Shown here: piece after piece, positions 46,909 to 55,724 of the stretch | Position numbering within the stretch: the first letter of the stretch is position 1 | Layout: the number at the start of each line of letters is the position of its first letter | Origin: Fibrobacteria bacterium | GTDB lineage: Bacteria; Fibrobacterota; Fibrobacteria; UBA11236 | Direction: 5' to 3' | Assembly (NCBI GenBank): GCA_041746255.1 | Contig: JBGTHM010000099.1 | Location: forward strand, 1-64,000 | Length of the DNA stretch: 64,000 bases | Notes under the pieces: model-generated | Database searches by the model: none | What the model was told of the DNA's origin: nothing | What the model saw: only the letters and a program-made list of their open reading frames with translations | Program-made: the position numbers and the translations under genes

Positions 46909-47792
46909 GGTCGACCTCCCGTTGCCGGAGCGGCTTTGATGGGCTGAGCGGTTGCGGTATCGCTTGCAGCAGGAGTAACCTTGGGCTTACCGGATGATTT
47001 TGGCTGGACCGCGATAAAGGGCAGGGAAACCAGTTCCGGCGGGGTTTTGCCTTCGGCTACGCTCAAGGCCAGGACCACCCCTTTGCGAGCCTCGGGTGAA
47101 ACATCCGTGTCCAACCAAACATAACCTGAATCGGAGGGCGCTAAATGGGCGACATGTTTTCCGTCCTGACTGACGAAACCCAGGAAGACGGCACCGAGCC
47201 GCACGAATTTTCCGTCCAGATTGCGGCCATCAAGGGTTCGATGCACTCCCGCATAGACTTCGCTGTCGCGAGAGAATCCAACCGCCTCTTCGATCGCTCC
47301 AAAAATACGAAACAAACCCTCCTCAACTCCCAAGGTACCCGCTTCGAGTGACTGGCTCAGGTTTTCCAATTCGGCAATCCGACGTTCGTGCTGATAGGGA
47401 AAGTCTTGCCGAAAAAAGGAGGCCAGCTCCCGGCTTTCTTTAACCAGGTGCGCCCTAAACTCCTCCTGCTTGCGTTGGTAAAGAGCGATCTGGTTTCTGT
47501 GGGCATTCTTCCGTGCTCCAGACCTCGCAACTTCTTTTTTCAAGCTGTCGACTTTATTCTGGCTCAAGACCAATTGTCGATTGATGGCCGCGAATTTCTC
47601 CGCTTTGCTTTTTTCGAATGCTTGCGCCCGTTTCAGTTCGGATTGGTGTAAATCCTTTTCCCGCGCGATTTCCTTTTCTACACGGTCCAGCTCCCTTTGT
47701 ACGGACGAAAGCGTCTCCTGCCCGGCTAGCGGAAGGAAACAAATCAGAAAGAGGGATGCGCCGGAAAAAAATGTTCGCAAGATACTCTGCAA
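46905..47792 (-). CDS. DUF3450 (TtpB-like) periplasmic coiled-coil protein
   Basis: Signal peptide, coiled coil, DFPY..ERR..L, VRLGAV, PELVSLP. TTG start at 47792 follows AGGAGG. Confidence 0.75.
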   Translation of the reverse strand: MQSILRTFFSGASLFLICFLPLAGQETLSSVQRELDRVEKEIAREKDLHQSELKRAQAFEKSKAEKFAAINRQLVLSQNKVDSLKKEVARSGARKNAHRNQIALYQRKQEEFRAHLVKESRELASFFRQDFPYQHERRIAELENLSQSLEAGTLGVEEGLFRIFGAIEEAVGFSRDSEVYAGVHRTLDGRNLDGKFVRLGAVFLGFVSQDGKHVAHLAPSDSGYVWLDTDVSPEARKGVVLALSVAEGKTPPELVSLPFIAVQPKSSGKPKVTPAASDTATAQPIKAAPATGGRP

Positions 47793-47833
47793 GAGAACCC
47801 TCCTTTTTAGCGAAAGCGGCGTGCACAAACTAT

Positions 47834-47857
47834 AAAAAAGGGGGCATTCAGCCCCCC
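47834..47857 (-). terminator. Intrinsic terminator after xylA
   Basis: Minus strand GGGGGGCTGAATGCCCCCTTTTTT. Confidence 0.75.
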
Positions 47858-47883
47858 GAAGAAACAACGACCCGATGTTGAGG

Positions 47884-49194
47884 TTACAGGTAAGAATTGA
47901 GAAGAATTTCGAATTTCTCCTGCTTGCCGGAGATTTTGGCGGGCTCACCATTCTCCAAGGCCCACTTTTCCAATTCCTTGAAATTGGTGGCGCCTTCCTC
48001 GATTTTAGCTCCGATACCCTTTTCATAAGATGAGTAGCGCTGCTTGACCCGGTCGGCCAATACTCCGTCTTCCTTCATTTTAGCGGCGATGATCAGCCCG
48101 CGGGCGAAAGCATCCATACCACCAATATGGGCCAGGAATAGGTCTTCCACATCGGTGGACTCGCGGCGAACCTTGGCGTCGAAATTCAGTCCGCCGGTAC
48201 CCAATCCACCTTGATTGAGTACAATCAGCATGGCCAGGGTCGTGCTGCGATGGTCCATGTTGAATTGGTCGGTATCCCAGCCCAACTGCGGGTCGCCCGT
48301 ATTGGCGTCAATGGATCCCAGCTGACCGTAGCGAGAGGCGATTTCCAGGTCATGTTCGAAGGAATGACCGGCCAAAGTGGCATGGTTGGCTTCGATATTG
48401 AGCTTGTATTCCTTATCCAGGCCGTATTGCTTGAGGAATCCCATTACCGTAGCCGCGTCGAAATCGTATTGGTGCTTGGTGGGTTCCTTGGGCTTGGGCT
48501 CGATGAGCAAAGTTCCCTTAAAGCCGATTTCCTTTTTGTATTGGGCTGCCATATGCAAAAAGCGGGCAAAATGATCCAGTTCGCGGCGCATATCGGTATT
48601 CAGCAGGGATTGGTACCCTTCGCGTCCACCCCAAAAAACGTAGTTCTCACCACCGAGTTCCAAGGTGACTTCCATGGCCTTTTTCACTTGGGCTGCGGCG
48701 TATGCGAAGACATGGGCGTCAGGATTGGTGGATGCGCCATTCATATACCGGGGATTCGAAAAGAGATTGGCGGTGCCCCAGAGCAGTTTAATTCCGGTTT
48801 CGCCCTGGAGTTTTTTGGCTTCTTGAACCACGGCGTCCAAATTCCGATTACTCTCGGCCAGCGATTTGCCTTCGGGGGCGATATCCCGGTCGTGAAAGCA
48901 ATAGTATTCCACACCGAGTTTTTTCAGAAATTGAAAGTTAACCTGCATGCGGCGAATCGCATTTTCCACCGAATCCGATCCGTCTTCCCAGGGACGTTTG
49001 ATGGTGCCGGGACCGAAAGGATCGCCACCCATGCCACGGAAGGTATGCCAATAAGCCACCGAAAAACGCAAGTGGTCCTTCATGGTTTTACCGAGAATTT
49101 TTTGCTCCGCATTATAGTATTTGAAGGCCATGTCATTCTTGGAATCGGGTCCCTCAAATTGGATAACGGGAATTTCACTGAAATAATCGGACAT
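47884..49194 (-). CDS. xylA: Xylose isomerase (class II)
   Basis: [61 protein letters not shown]. Confidence 0.97.
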   Translation of the reverse strand: MSDYFSEIPVIQFEGPDSKNDMAFKYYNAEQKILGKTMKDHLRFSVAYWHTFRGMGGDPFGPGTIKRPWEDGSDSVENAIRRMQVNFQFLKKLGVEYYCFHDRDIAPEGKSLAESNRNLDAVVQEAKKLQGETGIKLLWGTANLFSNPRYMNGASTNPDAHVFAYAAAQVKKAMEVTLELGGENYVFWGGREGYQSLLNTDMRRELDHFARFLHMAAQYKKEIGFKGTLLIEPKPKEPTKHQYDFDAATVMGFLKQYGLDKEYKLNIEANHATLAGHSFEHDLEIASRYGQLGSIDANTGDPQLGWDTDQFNMDHRSTTLAMLIVLNQGGLGTGGLNFDAKVRRESTDVEDLFLAHIGGMDAFARGLIIAAKMKEDGVLADRVKQRYSSYEKGIGAKIEEGATNFKELEKWALENGEPAKISGKQEKFEILLNSYL

Positions 49195-49300
49195 AATCAG
49201 ATGCTCCTAAGGTCAGGTTTTCAGAAACTCAATTTAACCGAAATTGGTAATTCCTGCACATTTTTTCGTCGAAGGGTGGGGGAGTTCACCCCGATAGGGC

Positions 49301-49513
49301 CTATTCGAGTGGCAGTTCAGGGCTTTGGGGTTGTAAGCGCTTCTCTTCGGCGGCAAAGCGGAGTAGGGCTTCGATATCCGGTCGGCAACTTCCGCATCCG
49401 GTGCATACGCCCAGTTTCCGGCTCAGGGAGTCGACAGTCAGGCATCCGGCTTCAATAGCAGCCAGGACGGCGCTTTTTTGGACATCGCGACAGTAGCAAA
49501 CGGGTTCGGACAT
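49301..49513 (-). CDS. BFD-like [2Fe-2S]-binding protein
   Basis: VCYC...VCTGCGSC spacing typical of Bfd. Confidence 0.8.
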   Translation of the reverse strand: MSEPVCYCRDVQKSAVLAAIEAGCLTVDSLSRKLGVCTGCGSCRPDIEALLRFAAEEKRLQPQSPELPLE

Positions 49514-49712
49514 GGGTAAATGTGCAATTTATGGCGAAATGGTGTGTTTGGGTAACCTTATCCCAGTATACATGCGACGACCCCATGGGACAATCAGAAT
49601 CCCGTCCTTGCTGCATGCTTTTCCCCGGATAAGCCCGGTAAATATTTTTGGGACCTATTTGGGACAAGCGCGGAGCAAAAAATGCAAGTTACCGACCAAC
49701 AACAACTTAGAG

Positions 49713-49789
49713 TGGTCGGGATGGCCGGATTCGAACCGACGACCCCTTCGTCCCGAACGAAGTGCTCTACCAGACTGAGCCACATCCCG
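49713..49789 (-). tRNA. tRNA-Pro (CGG), CCA encoded
   Basis: Reverse complement CGGGATGTGGCTCAGTCTGGTAGAGCA-CTTCG-TTCGGGA-CGAAG-GGGTCGTCGGTTCGAATCCGGCCATCCCGACCA. Confidence 0.96.
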
Positions 49790-49962
49790 AAATTCACCCG
49801 CAATTTCGCTTTGCCTAACCCGAAAAAGGTGTCGGCTTTTGCAAGTACCGCCTGTTTCCCGTGCGGGAAACCGGTCGAAGTGGAGACAATTTAGTACACC
49901 AAGACCGGCATAACAAGTCCAGCGGCGCCGGAAGCCCATCCGAAAATGGGCATCGATTAAGC

Positions 49963-51357
49963 TTAAGGTATATAGGCGTTTTCGCCGTGGAGGCTGAGGT
50001 CGAGACCGTTATTCTCCTCTTCCGGAGTGACGCGCAGCCCAATAGTGGCGTCAACCACTTTCAGGATGATGTAGCTGCCGATAGCCGCGATGGCGATTGT
50101 GATCATTACGGAAAGCCCTTGGCGCATAAGCTGAGACAGGCTTCCGGCCAGAGACATGGCCACCCCGTCCACTTCATAGGTGGATACGATGGCTTCGTTG
50201 ACAAGGGGGCTGGCGAGCAGCCCGGTGGCCAGGGCTCCCAGGATTCCGCCGATGCCGTGGATACCGAAGGCGTCGAGGCTGTCGTCATATCCGAAGGCGT
50301 GCTTTAATTTGGATACCGCCAACAAACACACCACTCCCGAAGCCAATCCGATCAGCATCGCCGCGGGTACGGTTACGAACCCGGCGGCGGGGGTTATGGC
50401 CACCAGTCCGGCTACCATTCCCGAGGCGGCGCCTAAAACCGTCGCTTTGCCGTTGATGAATTTTTCTGCCATCATCCAACCCAGGGCGGCGGCGGCGGAG
50501 GCGAAATGGGTGGCGGCGAAGGCGCTGGTGGCAAGAGAGCTTGCGCCCAGGGCGCTACCGGCATTGAAGCCGAACCAGCCCACCCAGAGAAGGGCCGCGC
50601 CGATTAGACTGAAAACGATGTTGTGGGGCAGCATCGATTCCGTCGGATATCCGAGGCGCTTTCCCAGGACCAGGGCGCAAACCAGTGCGGAAACGCCGGA
50701 GCTGATATGTACCACCGTGCCTCCCGCAAAATCCAGGGCGGGGATGGTCGCGCCGTCGACCCAATTGAACAGACCGCCCGCTCCCCACACCATGTGAGCC
50801 AGCGGAAAATAGATGAAAGTGGACCAGAGAATGGTGAAAAGCACGAAGGCTCCGTATTTCATTCTTTCCGCGAAGGCCCCGCTGATGAGGGCCGGCGTAA
50901 TGATGGCGAACATGAGCTGGAAAAGCATGAAGGTTTGTTGGGGAATGGTCGCGGCATAGGTCGGATTGGGCTCGGCTCCCACGCCTTTAAGCAAGAAATA
51001 TTGAAAAGGATTTCCGAAGAAAGCGTTTCCTTCCCCGAAGGCAACGCTGTATCCATAAAAAGCCCATAATACGGAAACAATGCCCATGGCGGAAAAACTA
51101 TACATCATGGTGGAGAGGACGTTTTTACGTCGCGACAATCCGCCGTAAAAAAGCGCCAGCCCAGGAGCGGTCATGAGGAGTACCAGGGCCGCGCTTATCA
51201 TCATCCAGGCGTTGTCGCCCGTATCGATGGATAAAACGGCCTCGGTTTCCTTCGCGGTGGAGAGTTGCACGGCGCCCGCCAGTACCGATAGGAAGAAGGT
51301 TTTAGCCGAGGTCGTGAATTTACTGTAACCGGACATTTGTGATCCCTTTCTTGACAT
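49963..51357 (-). CDS. amt: Ammonium transporter (AmtB-like)
   Basis: LVLLMTAPGLALFYGGL, FQLMFAIIT, DFAGGTVVH, LWVGWFGFNAGS, DDSLDAFGIHG. Confidence 0.96.
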   Translation of the reverse strand: MSRKGSQMSGYSKFTTSAKTFFLSVLAGAVQLSTAKETEAVLSIDTGDNAWMMISAALVLLMTAPGLALFYGGLSRRKNVLSTMMYSFSAMGIVSVLWAFYGYSVAFGEGNAFFGNPFQYFLLKGVGAEPNPTYAATIPQQTFMLFQLMFAIITPALISGAFAERMKYGAFVLFTILWSTFIYFPLAHMVWGAGGLFNWVDGATIPALDFAGGTVVHISSGVSALVCALVLGKRLGYPTESMLPHNIVFSLIGAALLWVGWFGFNAGSALGASSLATSAFAATHFASAAAALGWMMAEKFINGKATVLGAASGMVAGLVAITPAAGFVTVPAAMLIGLASGVVCLLAVSKLKHAFGYDDSLDAFGIHGIGGILGALATGLLASPLVNEAIVSTYEVDGVAMSLAGSLSQLMRQGLSVMITIAIAAIGSYIILKVVDATIGLRVTPEEENNGLDLSLHGENAYIP

Positions 51358-51387
51358 TTCTTTTCCAAAGAAAGGCGGAAAAGTAAT

Positions 51388-51415
51388 ATTGTCGCGGATT
51401 GGATCAAAGTGTCAA
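51388..51415 (-). promoter_or_regulatory. Possible sigma-70 promoter of the downstream amt gene
   Basis: Minus strand TTGACA, 16 bp, GACAAT, about 30 bp upstream of the start codon. Confidence 0.45.
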
Positions 51416-51460
51416 AGAGAAGGTAAATGTAAAAATACGTAACCTACAGGTTTACTCTAT

Positions 51461-51500
51461 AAAAACGGAAAAAGAGGATGGAAGGAAACCCTCCATCCTC
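51461..51500 (-). terminator. Intrinsic terminator between the two amt genes
   Basis: Minus strand GAGGATGGA..TCCATCCTC followed by TTTTTCCGTTTTT. Confidence 0.75.
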
Positions 51501-51525
51501 TCGGCTTGAGGCCGATATTCCGGCT

Positions 51526-52881
51526 TTATCCCTTGGTGGTCGAGATCGTGAAGTCGGCGTAGGCCGACATTCCGTGTTCGCCCATATCCAATCCCCCCAA
51601 TTCTTCTTCGGCGCTGACGCGAAGTCCCATGACCGCCTTCACTATGGCGAATATTACCAGCGCTGCGGCGAAGGTCGCGACGCCGTAGGCGAGCACACCC
51701 ACCGCCTGGATTCCCAGTTGCGCCAGGCCGGCTTTGGCTCCGAAAATCCCGACAGCCAAGGTTCCCCATATTCCGCATACGAGGTGAACCGAAATCGCTC
51801 CCACGGGGTCGTCGATACGGATTCGGTCGAAGAAAACCACCGAGAAGACCACAATCACGCCGGCGATGAAGCCGATGGCGATGGATGACCCCATGGCCAT
51901 CTGGTCCGCGCCAGCCGTGATGCCGACCAGTCCTGCGAGAACACCGTTGAGTATCATGGTGAGGTCCGGCTTCCTGGAGGTTACCATCAAAGTGAACATT
52001 GCTCCGATCGCTCCCGCCGATGCGGCCAGGGCCGTGGTTACCAGTACCAGGGAAGTCGCTCCGGGGTCGGCGCTCAAAACGGAACCGCCGTTGAATCCGA
52101 ACCATCCGAGCCAGAGAAGAAAAACACCGATAGTGGCCAAGGGCATGCTATGTCCGGGAATGGGACGGACTTTGCCGTCGACGAATCTTCCCAAACGGGG
52201 TCCCAGCAGAATTACCCCCGCCAAGGCGCCCCATCCGCCCACGGAATGCACCAGTGTGGATCCGGCGAAGTCGTAGAAACCCATGCCGTCCAACCATCCG
52301 GCGCCCCATTTCCACGATCCCAGGATGGGGTAGATAATGGCCACGAAAACCGTGGAAAAAACCAGGAAGGAGTTCAATTTGATACGCTCCGCAACAGCAC
52401 CTGAAACGATGGTGGCAGCGGTGGCTGCGAACATGGCCTGGAACAAAAAGTCAGTCCAGTACGTATAGCCTTCGTTGTAGGCGGAGGTTATACCCGCCTC
52501 GTCGGTAGTGATTCCGAAACCGGCGAAACCGAATATCCCCATGGAATCCTCGGCGAACCCAGGGTACATAAGATTGAATCCCACCAAAGCGTAGGTCACG
52601 ATTCCGATGGGGAGAATCAGGGCATTCTTGAAAAGGATATTGACCGTATTCTTCGCCTGGGTCAATCCCGATTCGAGCGAGGCGAAGCCAAGATGCATGA
52701 TAAACACCAAAGCCGCGGCCAACATCATCCAGATGTTGTTGGCTGTGAACATTTCCGCGCTGACACCCGCCGCCTCGGCCTCCTGGGCGGAAACCGCCCC
52801 CGCCAATAGGAGTGGCGCGGTTAAAAACAGCGCTCCGGCCCTGGGTAGCTTGAAGACTAATTGATTAATTCTTTTCGGCAT
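51526..52881 (-). CDS. amt: Ammonium transporter (second paralogue, Amt1-like)
   Basis: LVFIMHLGFASLESG, FLFQAMFAATAATIVSGAVAER, DFAGSTLVH, GWFGFNGGS, DDPVGAISVH. Confidence 0.96.
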   Translation of the reverse strand: MPKRINQLVFKLPRAGALFLTAPLLLAGAVSAQEAEAAGVSAEMFTANNIWMMLAAALVFIMHLGFASLESGLTQAKNTVNILFKNALILPIGIVTYALVGFNLMYPGFAEDSMGIFGFAGFGITTDEAGITSAYNEGYTYWTDFLFQAMFAATAATIVSGAVAERIKLNSFLVFSTVFVAIIYPILGSWKWGAGWLDGMGFYDFAGSTLVHSVGGWGALAGVILLGPRLGRFVDGKVRPIPGHSMPLATIGVFLLWLGWFGFNGGSVLSADPGATSLVLVTTALAASAGAIGAMFTLMVTSRKPDLTMILNGVLAGLVGITAGADQMAMGSSIAIGFIAGVIVVFSVVFFDRIRIDDPVGAISVHLVCGIWGTLAVGIFGAKAGLAQLGIQAVGVLAYGVATFAAALVIFAIVKAVMGLRVSAEEELGGLDMGEHGMSAYADFTISTTKG

Positions 52882-52954
52882 AATACACCCTTTTCTGATG
52901 ACTTGTCCTTCGTGTTCCCCCACGGGGCCACCTATTGCATCTGTCGGCTTACCA

Positions 52955-52972
52955 AAGCACTCTTTGTGCCAA
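52955..52972 (-). promoter_or_regulatory. Sigma-54 (-24/-12) promoter of amt
   Basis: Minus strand TTGGCACAAAGAGTGCTT (GG-N10-GC). Confidence 0.75.
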
Positions 52973-53031
52973 TCATCTAGACTGCGACAATTCGGAGAAA
53001 TCGGAGGTTTCGGTCCAATATTGAAAAGAGA

Positions 53032-53096
53032 TTGTCAATATTTGCTGAAAGTGTCATTTTTGGAATGACAAATATTGGCAGACAGTGACAAATGAC
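53032..53096. promoter_or_regulatory. Candidate enhancer (bEBP) sites
   Basis: Perfect TGTCATT-N5-AATGACA (53052-53070) plus further TGTCA/TGACA/TGGCA half-sites, 60-125 bp upstream of the sigma-54 motif. Confidence 0.5.
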
Positions 53097-53139
53097 GGGT
53101 TTGGAAAATCGGGCCGGCTCGGATTAAGCCTGGATGGGC

Positions 53140-53838
53140 TTAGAAGGCGAGGTGTTGTTTAACCAGTTCGGGAGTGAGGTCGGAGGTATTACCGCTTAAG
53201 AGAATTGCGCCTCTATCCATGATGTGGTAGCCGTCTCCCAGGGATTTGGCAAATTCAAAAAATTGTTCCACCAGTACGATGGCGAGATCGCCTCGTTGCT
53301 TCAATTTTCGCAGGACGCTCTCGATTTCCCATATGATGGAAGGTTGTATTCCCTCAGTCGGTTCGTCCAACAGCAAAACTTTGGGATCGCCCAGTAAAGC
53401 GCGCGCAAGGGCCAATTGTTGCTGTTGTCCGCCACTCAGGTTTCCACCCAGCCGTCGTTTCATAGTTCCTAAAAAAGGAAATAAATCGTAAATCTCGTCT
53501 TCGGGCACTTTCTTCAACCCATCGGTCCTCGCTTGGAGGCCTAACTGCAAGTTTTCGAACAACGTTAATTTGGGAAAAATTTCTCGGCCTTGAGGTACAT
53601 AGGCGAGGCCTAGCTTCGCTCTTTTATAGGGAGTAAAGGACGTGATATCCTTTTCTTCCCAGGTTATGCGACCCTTGCGCGCGGGTAATAAGCCCATCAG
53701 GGTTTTCAGTAAAGTGGTTTTTCCCACCCCGTTTCGTCCCATAATGGCAGTAACCGTGCCAGGCGCGAACTCCATGTTCACCTCACGCAAAATGCGGCTT
53801 TCCCCGTAGTAGGCGTCGATATTTTCGATTTTAAGCAT
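53140..53838 (-). CDS. urtE: Urea ABC transporter ATP-binding subunit
   Basis: GRNGVGKTT, YVPQGREIFP, LSGGQQQQLA, DEPTEGIQPSII. Confidence 0.92.
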   Translation of the reverse strand: MLKIENIDAYYGESRILREVNMEFAPGTVTAIMGRNGVGKTTLLKTLMGLLPARKGRITWEEKDITSFTPYKRAKLGLAYVPQGREIFPKLTLFENLQLGLQARTDGLKKVPEDEIYDLFPFLGTMKRRLGGNLSGGQQQQLALARALLGDPKVLLLDEPTEGIQPSIIWEIESVLRKLKQRGDLAIVLVEQFFEFAKSLGDGYHIMDRGAILLSGNTSDLTPELVKQHLAF

Positions 53839-53875
53839 GGGATCCCTCTACCTTTCGCCTTGAGTTGGAGCAGGG

Positions 53876-54625
53876 TTATCCGCGTGTGGAGCGGCCCAGG
53901 TAACGCTCAATCACTTCTGGGTTCTCCTGTACCGATTCCAGGCTGCCTTCGGTCAATACTCGCCCTTCGCAAAGTACGGTAACCTTGCGGGCCAGTTGTC
54001 GCACAAACTCCATGTCATGCTCGATAACGATGATGGAATGCCTCCCCGACAAATCCAGTAGCAGCCTGCCGGTCTTCTCTGTTTCCTCGTCCGTCATTCC
54101 CGCCGCAGGTTCGTCTATAAGTAAAAGTTTCGGATCCATGGCTATCAGCATTCCGATTTCCAACCATTGCTTCTGTCCATGTGACAGGTGGGAAGCCTGC
54201 CGGTTCAGGGAATCGGCCAATCCGACGGTGAAGGCGATATCCCCGATGCTACTGCGAAGCGTTGAGGCGCTTCGGGAGAACAGAGTGGAGAAAACCCCTT
54301 TTGCATCCTTATGAGCCAACAGGAGATTGTCATAAACGCTGAGGCTACCGAATACGGTGGGAGTCTGAAATTTTCTCCCCACGCCCAGGGAAACGATTTC
54401 CGCTTCGGTTAATTTCGTCAAATCCTTCCCCGCCATTTCGGCTTTTCCGGAAGTGGGTTTGGTTTTTCCGCACAGCACATCGAGAAAAGTGGTCTTACCG
54501 GCTCCGTTGGGTCCGATAACGACACGTAATTCATTTTCAAAAAGTTCGAAGGTATCGATATCCAAAGCTTTGAACCCGTCGAAGGATACGCAAAGGCTTT
54601 CAACGTATAGCTGTAACTCCTTCAT
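53876..54625 (-). CDS. urtD: Urea ABC transporter ATP-binding subunit
   Basis: VSFDGFKAL, GPNGAGKTT, GRKFQTP, LSHGQKQWLEIGML. Confidence 0.92.
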   Translation of the reverse strand: MKELQLYVESLCVSFDGFKALDIDTFELFENELRVVIGPNGAGKTTFLDVLCGKTKPTSGKAEMAGKDLTKLTEAEIVSLGVGRKFQTPTVFGSLSVYDNLLLAHKDAKGVFSTLFSRSASTLRSSIGDIAFTVGLADSLNRQASHLSHGQKQWLEIGMLIAMDPKLLLIDEPAAGMTDEETEKTGRLLLDLSGRHSIIVIEHDMEFVRQLARKVTVLCEGRVLTEGSLESVQENPEVIERYLGRSTRG

Positions 54626-55724
54626 GGGTCGCTTCCTCCTTTCCATCGAGCGGAGATTTTTTCCTGGGAAAAACTTTTCGAACCACGCCGGTAATTCCCT
54701 GGGGAAAGAAGAGCACGACTCCGATAAACAGGCTCCCTAGAAAATAAAGCCAGGTTCCCGGAAAGCGTGCCGTGAGGTAGCTATAACAGAGGTTGACTCC
54801 CAGCGCCCCCACCACCGCGCCTACCAGGGTTCCACGGCCGCCTACGGCGACCCAAATCACCATTTCGATGGAACTCCTTACGTCCATTCGGCCGGGAGTA
54901 ATGATTCCGGTTTGCGGAACATAGAGCATGCCGCCAATTGCGCCTAATACGGCCGCAAACACGAATACGAAAACCTTGAAGTTCGTGACCGAATAACCGG
55001 TGAAGCGGACGCGGTTCTCACTGTCCCGGATAGCGATAAGCAATCGTCCCAACTTTGATCCCACCACGGCTCGACAGGCGATATACGCCAGGATTAAAAC
55101 AGTTGCGCTGACAAAATACAGGGCTTTTTTTGTGCCTTGCGAAGAAAGATCGAAGCCTAGTAGAGTTTTGAAATCGGTAAGTCCGTTGGTGCCACCGAGC
55201 ATGGTTTCGTTGCGCAGGAAAATCAGCCATAGCGCAAGGGCTAAAGCCTGGGTAATGATGGAGAAATACACTCCTTTAATGCGGCTGCGGAATGCCAGAA
55301 AACCAAAAATCAATGCGAAGAGGCCGGGCACGGCGATGGATAGGATTATCGCCAGGGGAAAATTGTGGAACGGTTGCCAGAACAGGGGAAGTTTCTCGAC
55401 CTGGTTCCACACCATGAAATCCGGTATGGCGATGCCGTAAACCCCTTCGGTGCCGGTTTCGAGCAGCATATGCATGCCGAGTCCATAGCCCCCCATGGCG
55501 AAAAAGGCCGCCTGGCAGAGCGAGAGAATGCCGGTGAATCCCCAGATTAAATCGATCCCCAGCGCGGCGATGGCGAAACAAAGGTAACGCCCCAATAGAT
55601 TCAGAGTTAAATCGGAAACGAGGCCTAGCGCATTTCCGATGGGAAGCGCGACTATGAAAATCAGCACCATCCAGGCGGGACCTGGATAGGCGCGTAACAG
55701 GGTGAAATATTCAGCCTTCTTCAT
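54600..55724 (-). CDS. urtC: Urea ABC transporter permease
   Basis: DLIWGFTGILSL, PDFMVWN, RSRIKGVYFSIITQAL, GGTNGLTDF, SIEMVIWVAVGGRGT. Confidence 0.93.
   Translation of the reverse strand: MKKAEYFTLLRAYPGPAWMVLIFIVALPIGNALGLVSDLTLNLLGRYLCFAIAALGIDLIWGFTGILSLCQAAFFAMGGYGLGMHMLLETGTEGVYGIAIPDFMVWNQVEKLPLFWQPFHNFPLAIILSIAVPGLFALIFGFLAFRSRIKGVYFSIITQALALALWLIFLRNETMLGGTNGLTDFKTLLGFDLSSQGTKKALYFVSATVLILAYIACRAVVGSKLGRLLIAIRDSENRVRFTGYSVTNFKVFVFVFAAVLGAIGGMLYVPQTGIITPGRMDVRSSIEMVIWVAVGGRGTLVGAVVGALGVNLCYSYLTARFPGTWLYFLGSLFIGVVLFFPQGITGVVRKVFPRKKSPLDGKEEATHEGVTAIR

Noticed and set aside
47793..48026. N-terminal extension of the DUF3450 ORF overlapping xylA
   Set aside because: Crosses the xylA stop and terminator; a TTG with AGGAGG at 47792 is the better start.
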